Assembly (NCBI GenBank): GCA_965228895.1
Contig: OZ245842.1
Span: 3,488,001 to 3,552,000 of the forward strand
DNA length: 64,000 nt
Source of the DNA: Alphaproteobacteria bacterium
GTDB lineage: Bacteria; Pseudomonadota; Alphaproteobacteria; SP197
Direction: 5' to 3'
Shown: positions 30,373 to 39,631 of the stretch, in pieces
Numbering within the stretch: position 1 is the stretch's first letter
Layout: every line of letters starts with the position of its first letter
Translations under genes and position numbers: made by a program
The notes under the pieces: generated by a model
The model's input: the letters and a program-made list of their open reading frames with translations, nothing else
The model's database searches: none
What the model was told of the DNA's origin: nothing

Positions 30373-31775
30373 GGCCGCACCTCCCCGGGCGTGATCATGG
30401 TGACGGGCGCGACGCCCGAACGCGGTTGTTCTGGCTCGGCGACGGCGCCGGGTGCTGCCGCCTTGCGCGCCAGATAGAAGAGCACGCCGACATAGGCGGT
30501 GATCAGCACCGCGTACGTGATGAGATAGAGGGTCAGGCTGGTGCCGACCATGGCCGCCGGCACATCGCCGACCGCCTGTGCTGTTTTCAGGACGCCGGTC
30601 ACCAGCCAGGGCTGGCGGCCGATCTCGGTGGTGTACCAGCCGGCCAGCGTCGCGAGCCAGCCGGAGAAGGTCATGGCGACCAGCACGCCCAGCATCCAGC
30701 GGCCGACAAGACCGTCGACGCCGGCCCTGCGCCGGTACAGCACCCAGGCCGCCGTCCACGACACGAGCAGCATCAAGACCCCGACGCCGACCATGATGCG
30801 GAACGACCAGAAGACGGGCGCGACCGGCGGATGCAAGACCTCGCCATCGTCGGTCACGAACTCGTTGAGCCCCGGCACCACGCCGTCCCATTCATGGGTC
30901 AAAATCAGCGACGCGCCGCTCGGGATCGCAACCTCATAGAGATTGCTGCGCGTTGCCTCGTCGGGCCAGGCGAACAGCACCAGCGGCACGTGGGAACCGG
31001 TTTCCCAGTTGGCCTCCATGGCGGCGATCTTGGCCGGTTGGTGTTCCAGGGTGTTCAGGCCGTGCATGTCGCCGGCAAAGATCTGAATCGGAATCAACAC
31101 CGCGCCCATGGTGACGCCGGTCTTAAGCGCGGCGATTGCGCCGCTGGAGCGGTCGCCAAACAGCAGGCGGAAGGCCGACAGGCCGGCGATCAGGAAAGAG
31201 ACGGTCAAGCCACTCGCCAGCAGCATGTGGCTCAGGCGATACGGCATCGACGGGTTGAAGACGACCGCCACCCAGTCGGTCGCATGCGCGACGCCATCGC
31301 GCATCTCGAACCCGGTTGGCGTGTGCATCCAGGAGTTCAACACCAGGATCCAGAAGGCGCTCAGCGCCGTGCCGACGGCGACCAACACGGTCGCCAGCGT
31401 ATGCAGCCAGCCGGGCACGCGCGAGAAGCCAAACAGCATGATGCCCAGAAAGACGGCTTCCAAAAAGAAAGCGGTCAGCACCTCATAAGCCAGCAGCGGT
31501 CCGGCGATGTTGCCGACTGTCTCCATGAATCCCGGCCAGTTGGTACCGAACTGGAAGCTCATGGTGATGCCGGAAACCACGCCCATGGCGAACGACAGCG
31601 CGAATACCTTCACCCAGAAACGGTAGGCGTCCATCCATTTCATGTCGCCGGTGGTGTTGAAGCGCAGCTTGAAGAACAGCAGCACCCAGGCCAGCGCGAT
31701 GGTGATGGTCGGGAACAGGATATGAAACGAAATGTTCGCGCCAAACTGAATGCGCGACAGCATCAAGGCGTCCAT
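30369..31775 (-). CDS. cydA: Cytochrome bd ubiquinol oxidase subunit I (short Q-loop, CioA-like)
   Basis: SRIQFG...HILFP, FQFGTNW, QPAKIAAME, TEIGRQPW. Confidence 0.95.
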   Translation of the reverse strand: MDALMLSRIQFGANISFHILFPTITIALAWVLLFFKLRFNTTGDMKWMDAYRFWVKVFALSFAMGVVSGITMSFQFGTNWPGFMETVGNIAGPLLAYEVLTAFFLEAVFLGIMLFGFSRVPGWLHTLATVLVAVGTALSAFWILVLNSWMHTPTGFEMRDGVAHATDWVAVVFNPSMPYRLSHMLLASGLTVSFLIAGLSAFRLLFGDRSSGAIAALKTGVTMGAVLIPIQIFAGDMHGLNTLEHQPAKIAAMEANWETGSHVPLVLFAWPDEATRSNLYEVAIPSGASLILTHEWDGVVPGLNEFVTDDGEVLHPPVAPVFWSFRIMVGVGVLMLLVSWTAAWVLYRRRAGVDGLVGRWMLGVLVAMTFSGWLATLAGWYTTEIGRQPWLVTGVLKTAQAVGDVPAAMVGTSLTLYLITYAVLITAYVGVLFYLARKAAAPGAVAEPEQPRSGVAPVTMITPGEVRP

Positions 31776-31777
31776 GG

Positions 31778-32386
31778 TCAGCTCTCTTCCTTCGGTCGTT
31801 GACCAGAGCTTCCCTTACGTTTGCCGCCACGTTTCTTGCGTGCGGTCATTGGCACGACCTTTTCGGTCGTTTCAACAAATCTCAAGACCTTGCTGCCCAG
31901 CGCCAGCAACTGAATCAGGCGCTCGGTCTCGAGCCGGTCCATGTCATCATACCAATTGCTCAACAGCTCGATAAGCTGGCTCAGCTCGGCGATACGGTTG
32001 TGCGCATGCACGTCCTCCTGCGCCGATGGTTTCTGCATCTCCAATTCGCGCAGCTTGCTGAGCGTGGGATCGATCTCGCGGCGTTTGCGCTCGGAAACAA
32101 GGATACGAACGATCTCCCACAGATCATCCGGCGTGGAGAAGTGATCACGGCGGTCATCGGGCAGATGGGTCAGGCGCACCAGGTTCCAGGCGCGCAGTTC
32201 CTTCAGCCCGATCGAGACGTTGGAACGCGACAGACCGAGCTTGTCGACAATCTGGTCGGCGTTCAGCGGGTGTTCGCTCAAGAACAGCAGGGCATAGATC
32301 TGACCGACCGTGCGGTTGATGCCCCACCCCGACCCCATCTCGCCGAAGTGGAGCACGAACTCCTGGTGAAGCGGCGACAGGTGCAT
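31778..32386 (-). CDS. GbsR/MarR-family regulator of cydAB (CydE-like)
   Basis: FVLHFGEMG..WGINRTVGQIYALL, SRSNVS.GLKEL, ERKRREIDPT. Confidence 0.9.
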   Translation of the reverse strand: MHLSPLHQEFVLHFGEMGSGWGINRTVGQIYALLFLSEHPLNADQIVDKLGLSRSNVSIGLKELRAWNLVRLTHLPDDRRDHFSTPDDLWEIVRILVSERKRREIDPTLSKLRELEMQKPSAQEDVHAHNRIAELSQLIELLSNWYDDMDRLETERLIQLLALGSKVLRFVETTEKVVPMTARKKRGGKRKGSSGQRPKEES

Positions 32387-32402
32387 GCGCGGCGTTTCCT
32401 GG

Positions 32403-32422
32403 ATTTCGAAAAGTTTCGAAAT
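32403..32422. promoter_or_regulatory. Putative GbsR-family operator
   Basis: Palindrome atttcgaa-aagt-ttcgaaat 17 bp upstream of the regulator start. Confidence 0.6.
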
Positions 32423-32552
32423 GCATATAGGTCATGGAGGACCGAAAGCAAAGTCACATTCGCGGGCAAATCTAAGCCTTTGGGCTGCATCGACTTTCAC
32501 CGATGAATCGGCTGGTCTGCTGCCGCCCATCCCAGCGGGCTAGGCGAAGGCT

Positions 32553-33479
32553 TCAGCCATTCGCGTCCTTTTCGCGCGCCAGGAAGATCGACAGACCGAG
32601 CAAAACGACCGCGGCCCAGATCCATGCGTTGTGCTGTTCGCCGAACAACACCATGCCCCACACGACGCCCGCGACAATGCTGACGAAGCTGGTCAGCGAC
32701 ACGAAAACGGCGCCCGCCAGCCGGACGATCTCGAAGTAGAGGTAGATCTCGACCAGCGCCAGGGCTGCCATCGCCACGATTGTCCAGGTTCCCGGCGACC
32801 AGTCGCCGAACACAACGACCGATCTGTCGGTGATCATGTAGAGGGGCAACACGATCGCCGTTGCGATCAACACTTCGCCAAACGCGACCTGCCAGGAGTC
32901 GGAGCCGTGCGGCCAGTCAAAGGCGACATAGTTGTGATAGGTCGCGTAGACGACGGGTATCAGGAAGGCGAGCAAGACCCAGGTCAGCATCGACGGCTGG
33001 GGGATGGCCGTACCCGGGACCAGCACGACTGCCGCCGCCACCAGGCCGACGGCAACCGCCGCCAAGCGCCGGCGCGACACCGTCTCGACCTTTGCCACGA
33101 TAGCGATCAGCGACGTGAAGACCGGTGACGTCGACGCGATGATGGCAAGCAGGCCGGCCGGAATCTCTTCGGCGACATAGAGACTCAAGGGAAACTCGAT
33201 CAGGTAACCGAGCGTCGCGCAGATCAGATAAAAACGCAGGTGACGCCCCGTGAACCGGGGCCAGCGCCGGCGAAGGGCTGCAACGCCCGTCATGCCGACG
33301 ACGACGCCGGCCGTCGTCAGGGCGATGATGCCGAGATAGGAAAGAGCGGACTCCGCGGCGATCTTGAACAGCGAAAAGTGGCCGCCCCACGACATGCCGA
33401 GCACGATCAGCAAGACCACCGGCCATAGACGTGTAAGACCCATGACCGGCGCCGCAACGGGTTTGCCGGACCCCGTCAC
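32553..33479 (-). CDS. DMT/EamA family transporter
   Basis: 10 TM; LGMSWG, LYFEIVRLAGA, GMVLFGE. Confidence 0.9.
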   Translation of the reverse strand: MTGSGKPVAAPVMGLTRLWPVVLLIVLGMSWGGHFSLFKIAAESALSYLGIIALTTAGVVVGMTGVAALRRRWPRFTGRHLRFYLICATLGYLIEFPLSLYVAEEIPAGLLAIIASTSPVFTSLIAIVAKVETVSRRRLAAVAVGLVAAAVVLVPGTAIPQPSMLTWVLLAFLIPVVYATYHNYVAFDWPHGSDSWQVAFGEVLIATAIVLPLYMITDRSVVVFGDWSPGTWTIVAMAALALVEIYLYFEIVRLAGAVFVSLTSFVSIVAGVVWGMVLFGEQHNAWIWAAVVLLGLSIFLAREKDANG

Positions 33480-33727
33480 ATCAGGTGCCTCCGGTTCGCC
33501 CCGGCGTCTTGATCACAACGTGCTTGGGATCGGCGGTCCGCCTACCGCCGCGCCCTACCCTTGGCGTACCCGTGTCACGCGGCACGGTGTGCAACCGCGC
33601 GATATCCAGCAGGAACGGCAACACGCCTCGTCCATATGCGGCCATCGCGAAACCCTCCACGGCAATTAAGAAAGCGATTAGTTTCTAAATTGCGCCTGTT
33701 GGGCCGCGATGACAAGCCTTATCGATG

Positions 33728-34843
33728 TTAGGGACCGAACAAAAAGCAGTCGGCATCGCGTGCGCGCAGCACCGCACAAATGGCCTCGGCCTCGTCCCGG
33801 TCGGGCATCGGGCCGGCCTGCAGGCCATAGATCAGCGCGGGATCGCTGCCGGTTTCCAGCGGCTGGACCCTATAGGGCAGATCGCCGAGAAGATCGGGGA
33901 AGCGCTGGCCCAGATCCTGCCAGGCGGTTTCCGCGCGCCCCGCGTTTTCATAAGCGGCGAGTTGAATGAACGGCCAGTCACCGGTGCCGATGGTGGCCGC
34001 CACCCCGACCGCGGCATCGGCCGATGTTGTGTCCGCCGCACCGGCGACGACAGTTTCCTCAGCAGCGGCCGCTGTCGGGATCTCCTCGACGACGGCGACA
34101 GTGATCCCCTCCGCCGGTTTGGCGCGTGGCAGCGGCGCAATCGGCGCAGTGTGTGTCGCGGTGATCGTCGTTTCGGCCGGCGGCAATCCGGCCAGGCGTT
34201 CGGCGGCCAGCTCAATGCCGGCTGCCGCTGCTAGACTGTAGAGCCGCCGGGCCTCACTGATATTGACGGGTGTCCCCAAACCGGTCTCATAGGCGTAACC
34301 GGCCGAGAACTGTGCCGACGCGTTGCCCGCACTCGCCGCGCTTTTGAAGAGGCGGAACGCGCGTTCGGGATCGGCTTCGACGCCTTCGCCCAGATGATAG
34401 GCGATGCCCATGTTGAGCTGCGCATTGGGCAGTCCTTGCGCGGCGGCTTCCCCCCACCAGAAGAGGGCCTCCGTCACATCGCGTTCAACGCCACGGCCCT
34501 GCTGGTAGAGATTGCCCAGATTGAACTGCGCCACGGGATGGCCGGACTCCGCAGCCTTGCGGTACCACGTGGCCGCCAGGGCGTCGTCCTTCAGGACACC
34601 ACGGCCATTCTCATAGAGGATGCCAAGCGCAAGCTGAGCGCCGGGCATGCCTTGCTCGGCAAGCGGCTCCCACTCGGCAAGCGCCGCCTCGAAATCTCCG
34701 GTCTCGTACGCCGCTGCGCCGGTCGCGAAATCCGCCAGGGTCGTCTGCGGCACGGCCGCAAAAACCAGCAGGAACCCGCAAAGAAGCGGTCCAGCCACGG
34801 CGACAGCGCGATTTCTCGCCCACAAAAAGCGGCACGGTTTCAT
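33728..34843 (-). CDS. Sel1-repeat and SPOR-domain protein
   Basis: AQFNLG.LY..G.GV Sel1 repeats; C-terminal IQLAAY...LQAGP...A.AIC..L SPOR domain. Confidence 0.9.
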   Translation of the reverse strand: MKPCRFLWARNRAVAVAGPLLCGFLLVFAAVPQTTLADFATGAAAYETGDFEAALAEWEPLAEQGMPGAQLALGILYENGRGVLKDDALAATWYRKAAESGHPVAQFNLGNLYQQGRGVERDVTEALFWWGEAAAQGLPNAQLNMGIAYHLGEGVEADPERAFRLFKSAASAGNASAQFSAGYAYETGLGTPVNISEARRLYSLAAAAGIELAAERLAGLPPAETTITATHTAPIAPLPRAKPAEGITVAVVEEIPTAAAAEETVVAGAADTTSADAAVGVAATIGTGDWPFIQLAAYENAGRAETAWQDLGQRFPDLLGDLPYRVQPLETGSDPALIYGLQAGPMPDRDEAEAICAVLRARDADCFLFGP

Positions 34844-34935
34844 GGCCCTAACGTAGCGCAGCCACCGCGGCGCGACCAAACCCTGTGCCGGTGTCGGCGC
34901 TCACAATCCGTCAAGAAAGGCCCGAAACCTGCCGG

Positions 34936-36108
34936 TTAGGCCGCCAGAAGACGGCCCGCGTACCAGGCGGCAAATGCCGCGACATTCGGCTCCATCAGCA
35001 CCGAATAGCGGCCGGGCTGGGCAAATGGCGAGGCCATGCCGCGCTGCTGGTTCTCCAGCGCCGGCACGTCTTCGGCCAACGCCGCGTCGAGCCGGATATA
35101 GTACTGCTCCGCCTTCGCCTCGAAATCAGGCAGTGCGATCGTCTCTTTGGGAAAACAAATGGACTGGATCACGCGGCATCGCTCAGGCCCGTCGGGATAG
35201 GCCTCATAGACCCACATCGCGTCGGTGCCGGCGGCAAACGTCAGGTTCGGGAAGAGCCACGTATAGCGCACGCCGCGCGCGGCCTTGCCGGTCAGGCCGG
35301 GGATCTTTGGCAGCGCATGGTGCTGCTGGCTCTCCAGCAATCCGCCGGTGCCTTCGGTCACGCCGTACTGGGTCGCGTAGTCGCCGGTGACGGGATCGCC
35401 CGGCTCCGGCGGGTCATAGAGATCGCTCAACGAGTCCGGATGCACATAGGGCAGGTGATAGTACTCGTTGAAAACGTCCAGAAAGCCCTTCCAGTTGCAG
35501 TCGACGGCGAGCTCGCGCCGGCGCGTCAGCACCAGGTCCTCGATCGGCCACGGCGCGTGCATGGCAACGAAGTCGCCGATTTGCGCGTCGAGGTCCGGAA
35601 TCTCCGGGTCCAGACAGACAAACAGAAAGCCTGCGCGCACCCCGGTCGGAAACGCAATCAGGCCGTAATCCGATGTGTCGAAGGACGCGGTCTGATCCAT
35701 GTGTCCGCCACCGACCAGTTCGCCGGTCAGGCGATAGGTCCAGCAATGGAACGGGCAGCGGATCATGTCGGTCGTGCCCTCGCCCGCCAACAGTTGCGCG
35801 CCGCGATGACGGCACGTGTTGGCAAAGGCACGGACGTCGCCTTGTTTGTCGCGCAGGATGATCAGCGGCACGTCGGCGATGGTCATGGTCACGTAGTCGC
35901 CGGGCTGGCGCACCATGTCGGCGCGTCCGACCGAGAGCCAACCGCGACGAAACACGGCGGGGCGCTCGCGCACCACAACGTCGGCGTCGTGATAGCAGAC
36001 CGGCGGCAGACTTTCGGCTTCCGAAATCGGTGCCATGCATCGCGCAAGCGCCTGATCAAGCGGTGATGCGTGATCCTGCTTGGCGGACGGAACCGCGGCG
36101 ACAGCCAT
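34936..36108 (-). CDS. Rieske non-heme iron oxygenase alpha subunit (choline/betaine monooxygenase-like)
   Basis: C.HRG...CPFH.W, NWK....FNEYYH..YVH. Confidence 0.92.
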   Translation of the reverse strand: MAVAAVPSAKQDHASPLDQALARCMAPISEAESLPPVCYHDADVVVRERPAVFRRGWLSVGRADMVRQPGDYVTMTIADVPLIILRDKQGDVRAFANTCRHRGAQLLAGEGTTDMIRCPFHCWTYRLTGELVGGGHMDQTASFDTSDYGLIAFPTGVRAGFLFVCLDPEIPDLDAQIGDFVAMHAPWPIEDLVLTRRRELAVDCNWKGFLDVFNEYYHLPYVHPDSLSDLYDPPEPGDPVTGDYATQYGVTEGTGGLLESQQHHALPKIPGLTGKAARGVRYTWLFPNLTFAAGTDAMWVYEAYPDGPERCRVIQSICFPKETIALPDFEAKAEQYYIRLDAALAEDVPALENQQRGMASPFAQPGRYSVLMEPNVAAFAAWYAGRLLAA

Positions 36109-36110
36109 GT

Positions 36111-36752
36111 TCAGACCGCCACGTTGATCTGACCGGACTCACGCTGCATCGCGACATCCGGCACCACCAGCGGTTCGCGCGCACCCGGCCGCATCACCGC
36201 TTCGTCAAAGGCTTTGCGGGCGAAAACCTCGAGCACCAGCGGCGCAAAGAAGTCGAGCGAGAGGTTGGCGTAACCGGGATCGAAACTTGTCTGGTCCCAG
36301 CGCTCACAGAACGCGACGCAGTCGTCGAAATAGGGATGACCGCGATGGGCCTCGCGCTCGTTCGGATCCTCGCCCAGCTTGTCGGCGAAGTAGATCTTCT
36401 GAAACCCGCCGTGTTGCTCGACCGTCCATACGCACTGTTCGCGGATGTAAGGTTTCAAGACGATCGCCGCATACTCACCGTGCATGTAGGGCGCGTGGAG
36501 ATCGCCGATATCATGCAGCAGCGCCGCGACGACCCAGTCGATGTCGGCGCCGTCATACCAGGCGCGCGTCGCCGATTGCAGCGAATGACCGAGCCGCGAG
36601 ATCTGATAGCCGGAATAGCCGCCCTCAAGACCGGCCATGGCGTCCAGCAAGCGTTCGCCGGTTTGTCCGGCATAGGTGATTTCGTGCTCGCGCAGAAAGG
36701 CGTAGTCCTCGACGTCGCCGTCACACATCTGGGTGAACTTCACATGCTCCAT
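36111..36752 (-). CDS. HD-domain protein (diiron oxygenase-like subgroup)
   Basis: H.LQ.A..A, ALLHDIGD, H.E, H..FQ, WDQ..FD. Confidence 0.85.
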   Translation of the reverse strand: MEHVKFTQMCDGDVEDYAFLREHEITYAGQTGERLLDAMAGLEGGYSGYQISRLGHSLQSATRAWYDGADIDWVVAALLHDIGDLHAPYMHGEYAAIVLKPYIREQCVWTVEQHGGFQKIYFADKLGEDPNEREAHRGHPYFDDCVAFCERWDQTSFDPGYANLSLDFFAPLVLEVFARKAFDEAVMRPGAREPLVVPDVAMQRESGQINVAV

Positions 36753-36863
36753 GGGGCCGATCTCCTGTGTCGTCCTTCCGACTTTGAGGCCCAAACCGGC
36801 CCTGGACAAACAGAAAGTTCGAGGTCATAGCTATAAGCTGAACTAATTGACCCATCAGTTGCG

Positions 36864-37736
36864 ATGGCTACGCCCTTACCGCCCTTTACTTGGCTGCGTG
36901 CCTTCGAAAGCGCCGCGCGGCTCTTGAGCTTCACCGGCGCCGCGGACGAGCTGAACGTCACCCAATCGGCGGTCAGCCAGCATATCCGCTCGCTCGAGGA
37001 ACGGATCGGCAAGCCCCTGTTCGTCCGCAAGGCGCGCGGTCTGGCGCTGACCGATGACGGCCGGAGGCTTCTGCCCTACGTCACGGCCGCCGTGTCGGAG
37101 CTGTCGTCGGGCCTCTCTGTGGTCGCGCCCGACGCGCCCGAGACCGTGCTGCATGTCGCCGCCAGCATCAGCTTCGCCCAGTTGTGGCTGGCGCCGCGCC
37201 TGCCGGACTTCCAGCGCGATCACCCAGGACTGGGTCTGCGTATCGTGAGCGCGCTGTGGTCCGACGACTACCTGCATACCCGCGCCGACGTGGAGCTGCG
37301 CTATGGCACCAAGGATATGGTTGGCGCCGATGCGCTCAAACTCGTCGATGATCAGGTGGTTCTCTACTGCACGCCGCAGATGGCCGCCGGAATCAAGACC
37401 TGGGACGACGTGTGCACCGCGCCTTTGATCCACACTGTCGGCACGTCGGACACCTGGCAGACCTGGACGCAACACCTGGGCCTTGCACCGCCGGTCGCGT
37501 TTTCCCATTCGGTCGACTCCTATGTGCTGTCGATGGAACTCGCCCGCTCCGGCGTCGGCGTGGCGCTTGGCAGCCGCTTCCTGGGCGAACGGTTGGTCGC
37601 GAGTGGCGAGGTCGCCGTGCCACTGGACCTCTCGACACCCGCACGGGAGAACCACTACATCACCATCAACGGCGGCTCGGCGTTGCGCCGCCAGGCCGAA
37701 ACGTTTCGCGACTGGATCGTCGGAGAGATCGCCTGA
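36864..37736 (+). CDS. LysR-family regulator (GcvA-like)
   Basis: LRAFESAARLLSFTGAADELNVTQSAVSQHI; divergent from HD/Rieske. Confidence 0.95.
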   Translation: MATPLPPFTWLRAFESAARLLSFTGAADELNVTQSAVSQHIRSLEERIGKPLFVRKARGLALTDDGRRLLPYVTAAVSELSSGLSVVAPDAPETVLHVAASISFAQLWLAPRLPDFQRDHPGLGLRIVSALWSDDYLHTRADVELRYGTKDMVGADALKLVDDQVVLYCTPQMAAGIKTWDDVCTAPLIHTVGTSDTWQTWTQHLGLAPPVAFSHSVDSYVLSMELARSGVGVALGSRFLGERLVASGEVAVPLDLSTPARENHYITINGGSALRRQAETFRDWIVGEIA

Positions 37737-37820
37737 GCGACAAGGCGCGCCCGACCTGGGGTCACGCGCTGACCTGTGCTATGCAGGACACCGAGCGCCA
37801 CGCCATGGGGGATGAAGGGG

Positions 37821-38903
37821 ATGGCACTTGGCGGCGGCCGCCCGGATGCCGTGCAGCACGGGCTACCGCAAATCGAAATCGGCGCGGCTGGCGATGTCGG
37901 CCCGCATCTCGTTTCGCTCGTCTTCGAGGAAATCGTCAACCGTCCTTCCCGCTGCGTCCTTACACTGGACGAAGCCGATGGCCAGGGCGGGTATCGTTAT
38001 GACAACGACCGGTCGATCGACTTCGGCGCGGCCGTCGACCTCTCGCTGCTGACCGGCGGCGGAACGGCCGATCCGTCGTTCACCGGCCGCGTTTTCGCTC
38101 TCGCACGGCGCATGGAACACGACAGCGGCCCGCGTCTGGTCGTCGACGCCTATGACCGGCTGCAGGATCTCGCCATGGCGCGCCGCTCGCGCCAGTTCGA
38201 GGAGACGACCGCCGCCGATGTCATCGCGTCGATCGCCGGCGACTACGACCTCGCGGCCGAGGTCGATCTCGATGGCCCCGTGCATCCTGTGCTCGTCCAG
38301 GCCAACGAGAACGACCTCGCTTTCTTGACGCGCCTGGTCGACGATCTCGACGGTGAGCTCTGGCTCGACGGCGACACCTTCCGCGCAAGCCGTCACACGG
38401 CGCGGCCGGGCGCAACCGTCACCGTACGGCCCAACAGCGATCTTTTCAGTCTCGCCATCGACGCCGACCTCACGAGCCAGCACCGCGACCTCTCCGTCCA
38501 CGGTTGGGACCCCGCCGTCAAAGACGCCTTGGCAGCGACCGCCGACTATGAGGCGATTGCTGGCGAGGTGACAGGTCAGGTCAGCGGCGGTCAGTGGCTC
38601 GCCATCCTCGACGCGCCCGGCCCCGATCCCGAGCAGCGTGTCGTCCACCGGACGCCGGCCAACAATGACCACGCCAAGAGCCTGGCCAACGCCACCTACG
38701 CCCGGGTGTCACGGGAGTTTGTTAGGCTGCACGCGCTGGCGCGCGGGCGCGCCGAACTCGGGGTCGGCGCCAAGATAGACCTACAAGGCGCGGGCGCACG
38801 TTTCGACGGTCACTACGCCATATGCCGCGCCCGCCACACATTCGATGCCGAGAACGGCTACCGCACGGAAATTGATGCCCGAAGGAGCGGCCTGGGACGA
38901 TGA
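37821..38903 (+). CDS. Phage late control D / contractile injection system baseplate hub protein
   Basis: AYDRLQDL...RRSR.F, Q.NE.DLAFL.RL, V.GWDP..K, G.GARFDG.Y.....RH.FD..GYRT. Confidence 0.85.
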   Translation: MALGGGRPDAVQHGLPQIEIGAAGDVGPHLVSLVFEEIVNRPSRCVLTLDEADGQGGYRYDNDRSIDFGAAVDLSLLTGGGTADPSFTGRVFALARRMEHDSGPRLVVDAYDRLQDLAMARRSRQFEETTAADVIASIAGDYDLAAEVDLDGPVHPVLVQANENDLAFLTRLVDDLDGELWLDGDTFRASRHTARPGATVTVRPNSDLFSLAIDADLTSQHRDLSVHGWDPAVKDALAATADYEAIAGEVTGQVSGGQWLAILDAPGPDPEQRVVHRTPANNDHAKSLANATYARVSREFVRLHALARGRAELGVGAKIDLQGAGARFDGHYAICRARHTFDAENGYRTEIDARRSGLGR

Positions 38904-39610
38904 ACGAGATAGCGAAACAAGCGGCAATCCCACACGATCAGCGTTTGCCCGGTGACCTCGGCGGCCTGTTCTATGGCGTCTATCCCGCAACGGTCACCGA
39001 CAACCGGGACCCTGCGGGTCAAGCCCGGATCAAGGTCACGTTGCCCTGGCTGACGGACCAGGATCCGCCATCGCTGTGGGCGCGCCATGCGGTGCTGAGT
39101 GCCGGGCCGGACCACGGCTCTCGATTCACACCCGCGATCGGGGCCGAAGTGCTGGTCGCCTTCGAGGCCGGCGATGTTTCGCGTCCCTATATCGTCGGCG
39201 CGTTGTGGAACGGCGTCGACCGGCCGCCCGAGACATCGGACAAGCCTGGCTACGACACCCAGATCCTGTCGACATCGCGCGGCACCCGTGTCGTGTTCGA
39301 TGAGAACGCGGACGGTGGCACGCTGCGCCTCGAAACAGCAGGCGGCCAACGTGTTGTTCTGACCGATTCACCGGAAGGTCTGATTATCGAGGACGCAAGC
39401 GGCAGTCGCATCAAACTGGAGCCCAGCGGTATCTGTATCGAGGCGCCCACCAAGGTCGAGGTCAAGGCCGCGCAAGTCGACATTTCCGCAGCCGTCATCA
39501 GTCTTGATGCCGCCATGGTGCAGGCTTCCGGCGTCGTCAAATGCACGACACTGCAGACCGATACCGTCATCGCGTCGACCTATACGCCCGGCGCCGGCAA
39601 CGTCTGGTAG
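38900..39610 (+). CDS. VgrG/gp5 OB-fold baseplate spike protein (eCIS type)
   Basis: GVYPATVTDNRDP...RIKV.LPW, P.IG.EVLVAFE.GD..RPY.VG.LWNG, C-terminal YTPGAGNVW; ATGA-coupled to the upstream gene. Confidence 0.88.
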   Translation: MNEIAKQAAIPHDQRLPGDLGGLFYGVYPATVTDNRDPAGQARIKVTLPWLTDQDPPSLWARHAVLSAGPDHGSRFTPAIGAEVLVAFEAGDVSRPYIVGALWNGVDRPPETSDKPGYDTQILSTSRGTRVVFDENADGGTLRLETAGGQRVVLTDSPEGLIIEDASGSRIKLEPSGICIEAPTKVEVKAAQVDISAAVISLDAAMVQASGVVKCTTLQTDTVIASTYTPGAGNVW

Positions 39611-39631
39611 TCCTGCTTGGTCAAGTACGTG

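Noticed and set aside
30180-31802. Long antisense ORFs (e.g. 540 aa opposite cydA; 15416-16774; 62265-63677)
   Set aside because: Typical shadow ORFs of high-GC coding sequence opposite well-supported genes.
37821-39610. Prophage
   Set aside because: No integrase, capsid, terminase, tail or att sites; only two baseplate-type genes of eCIS style.
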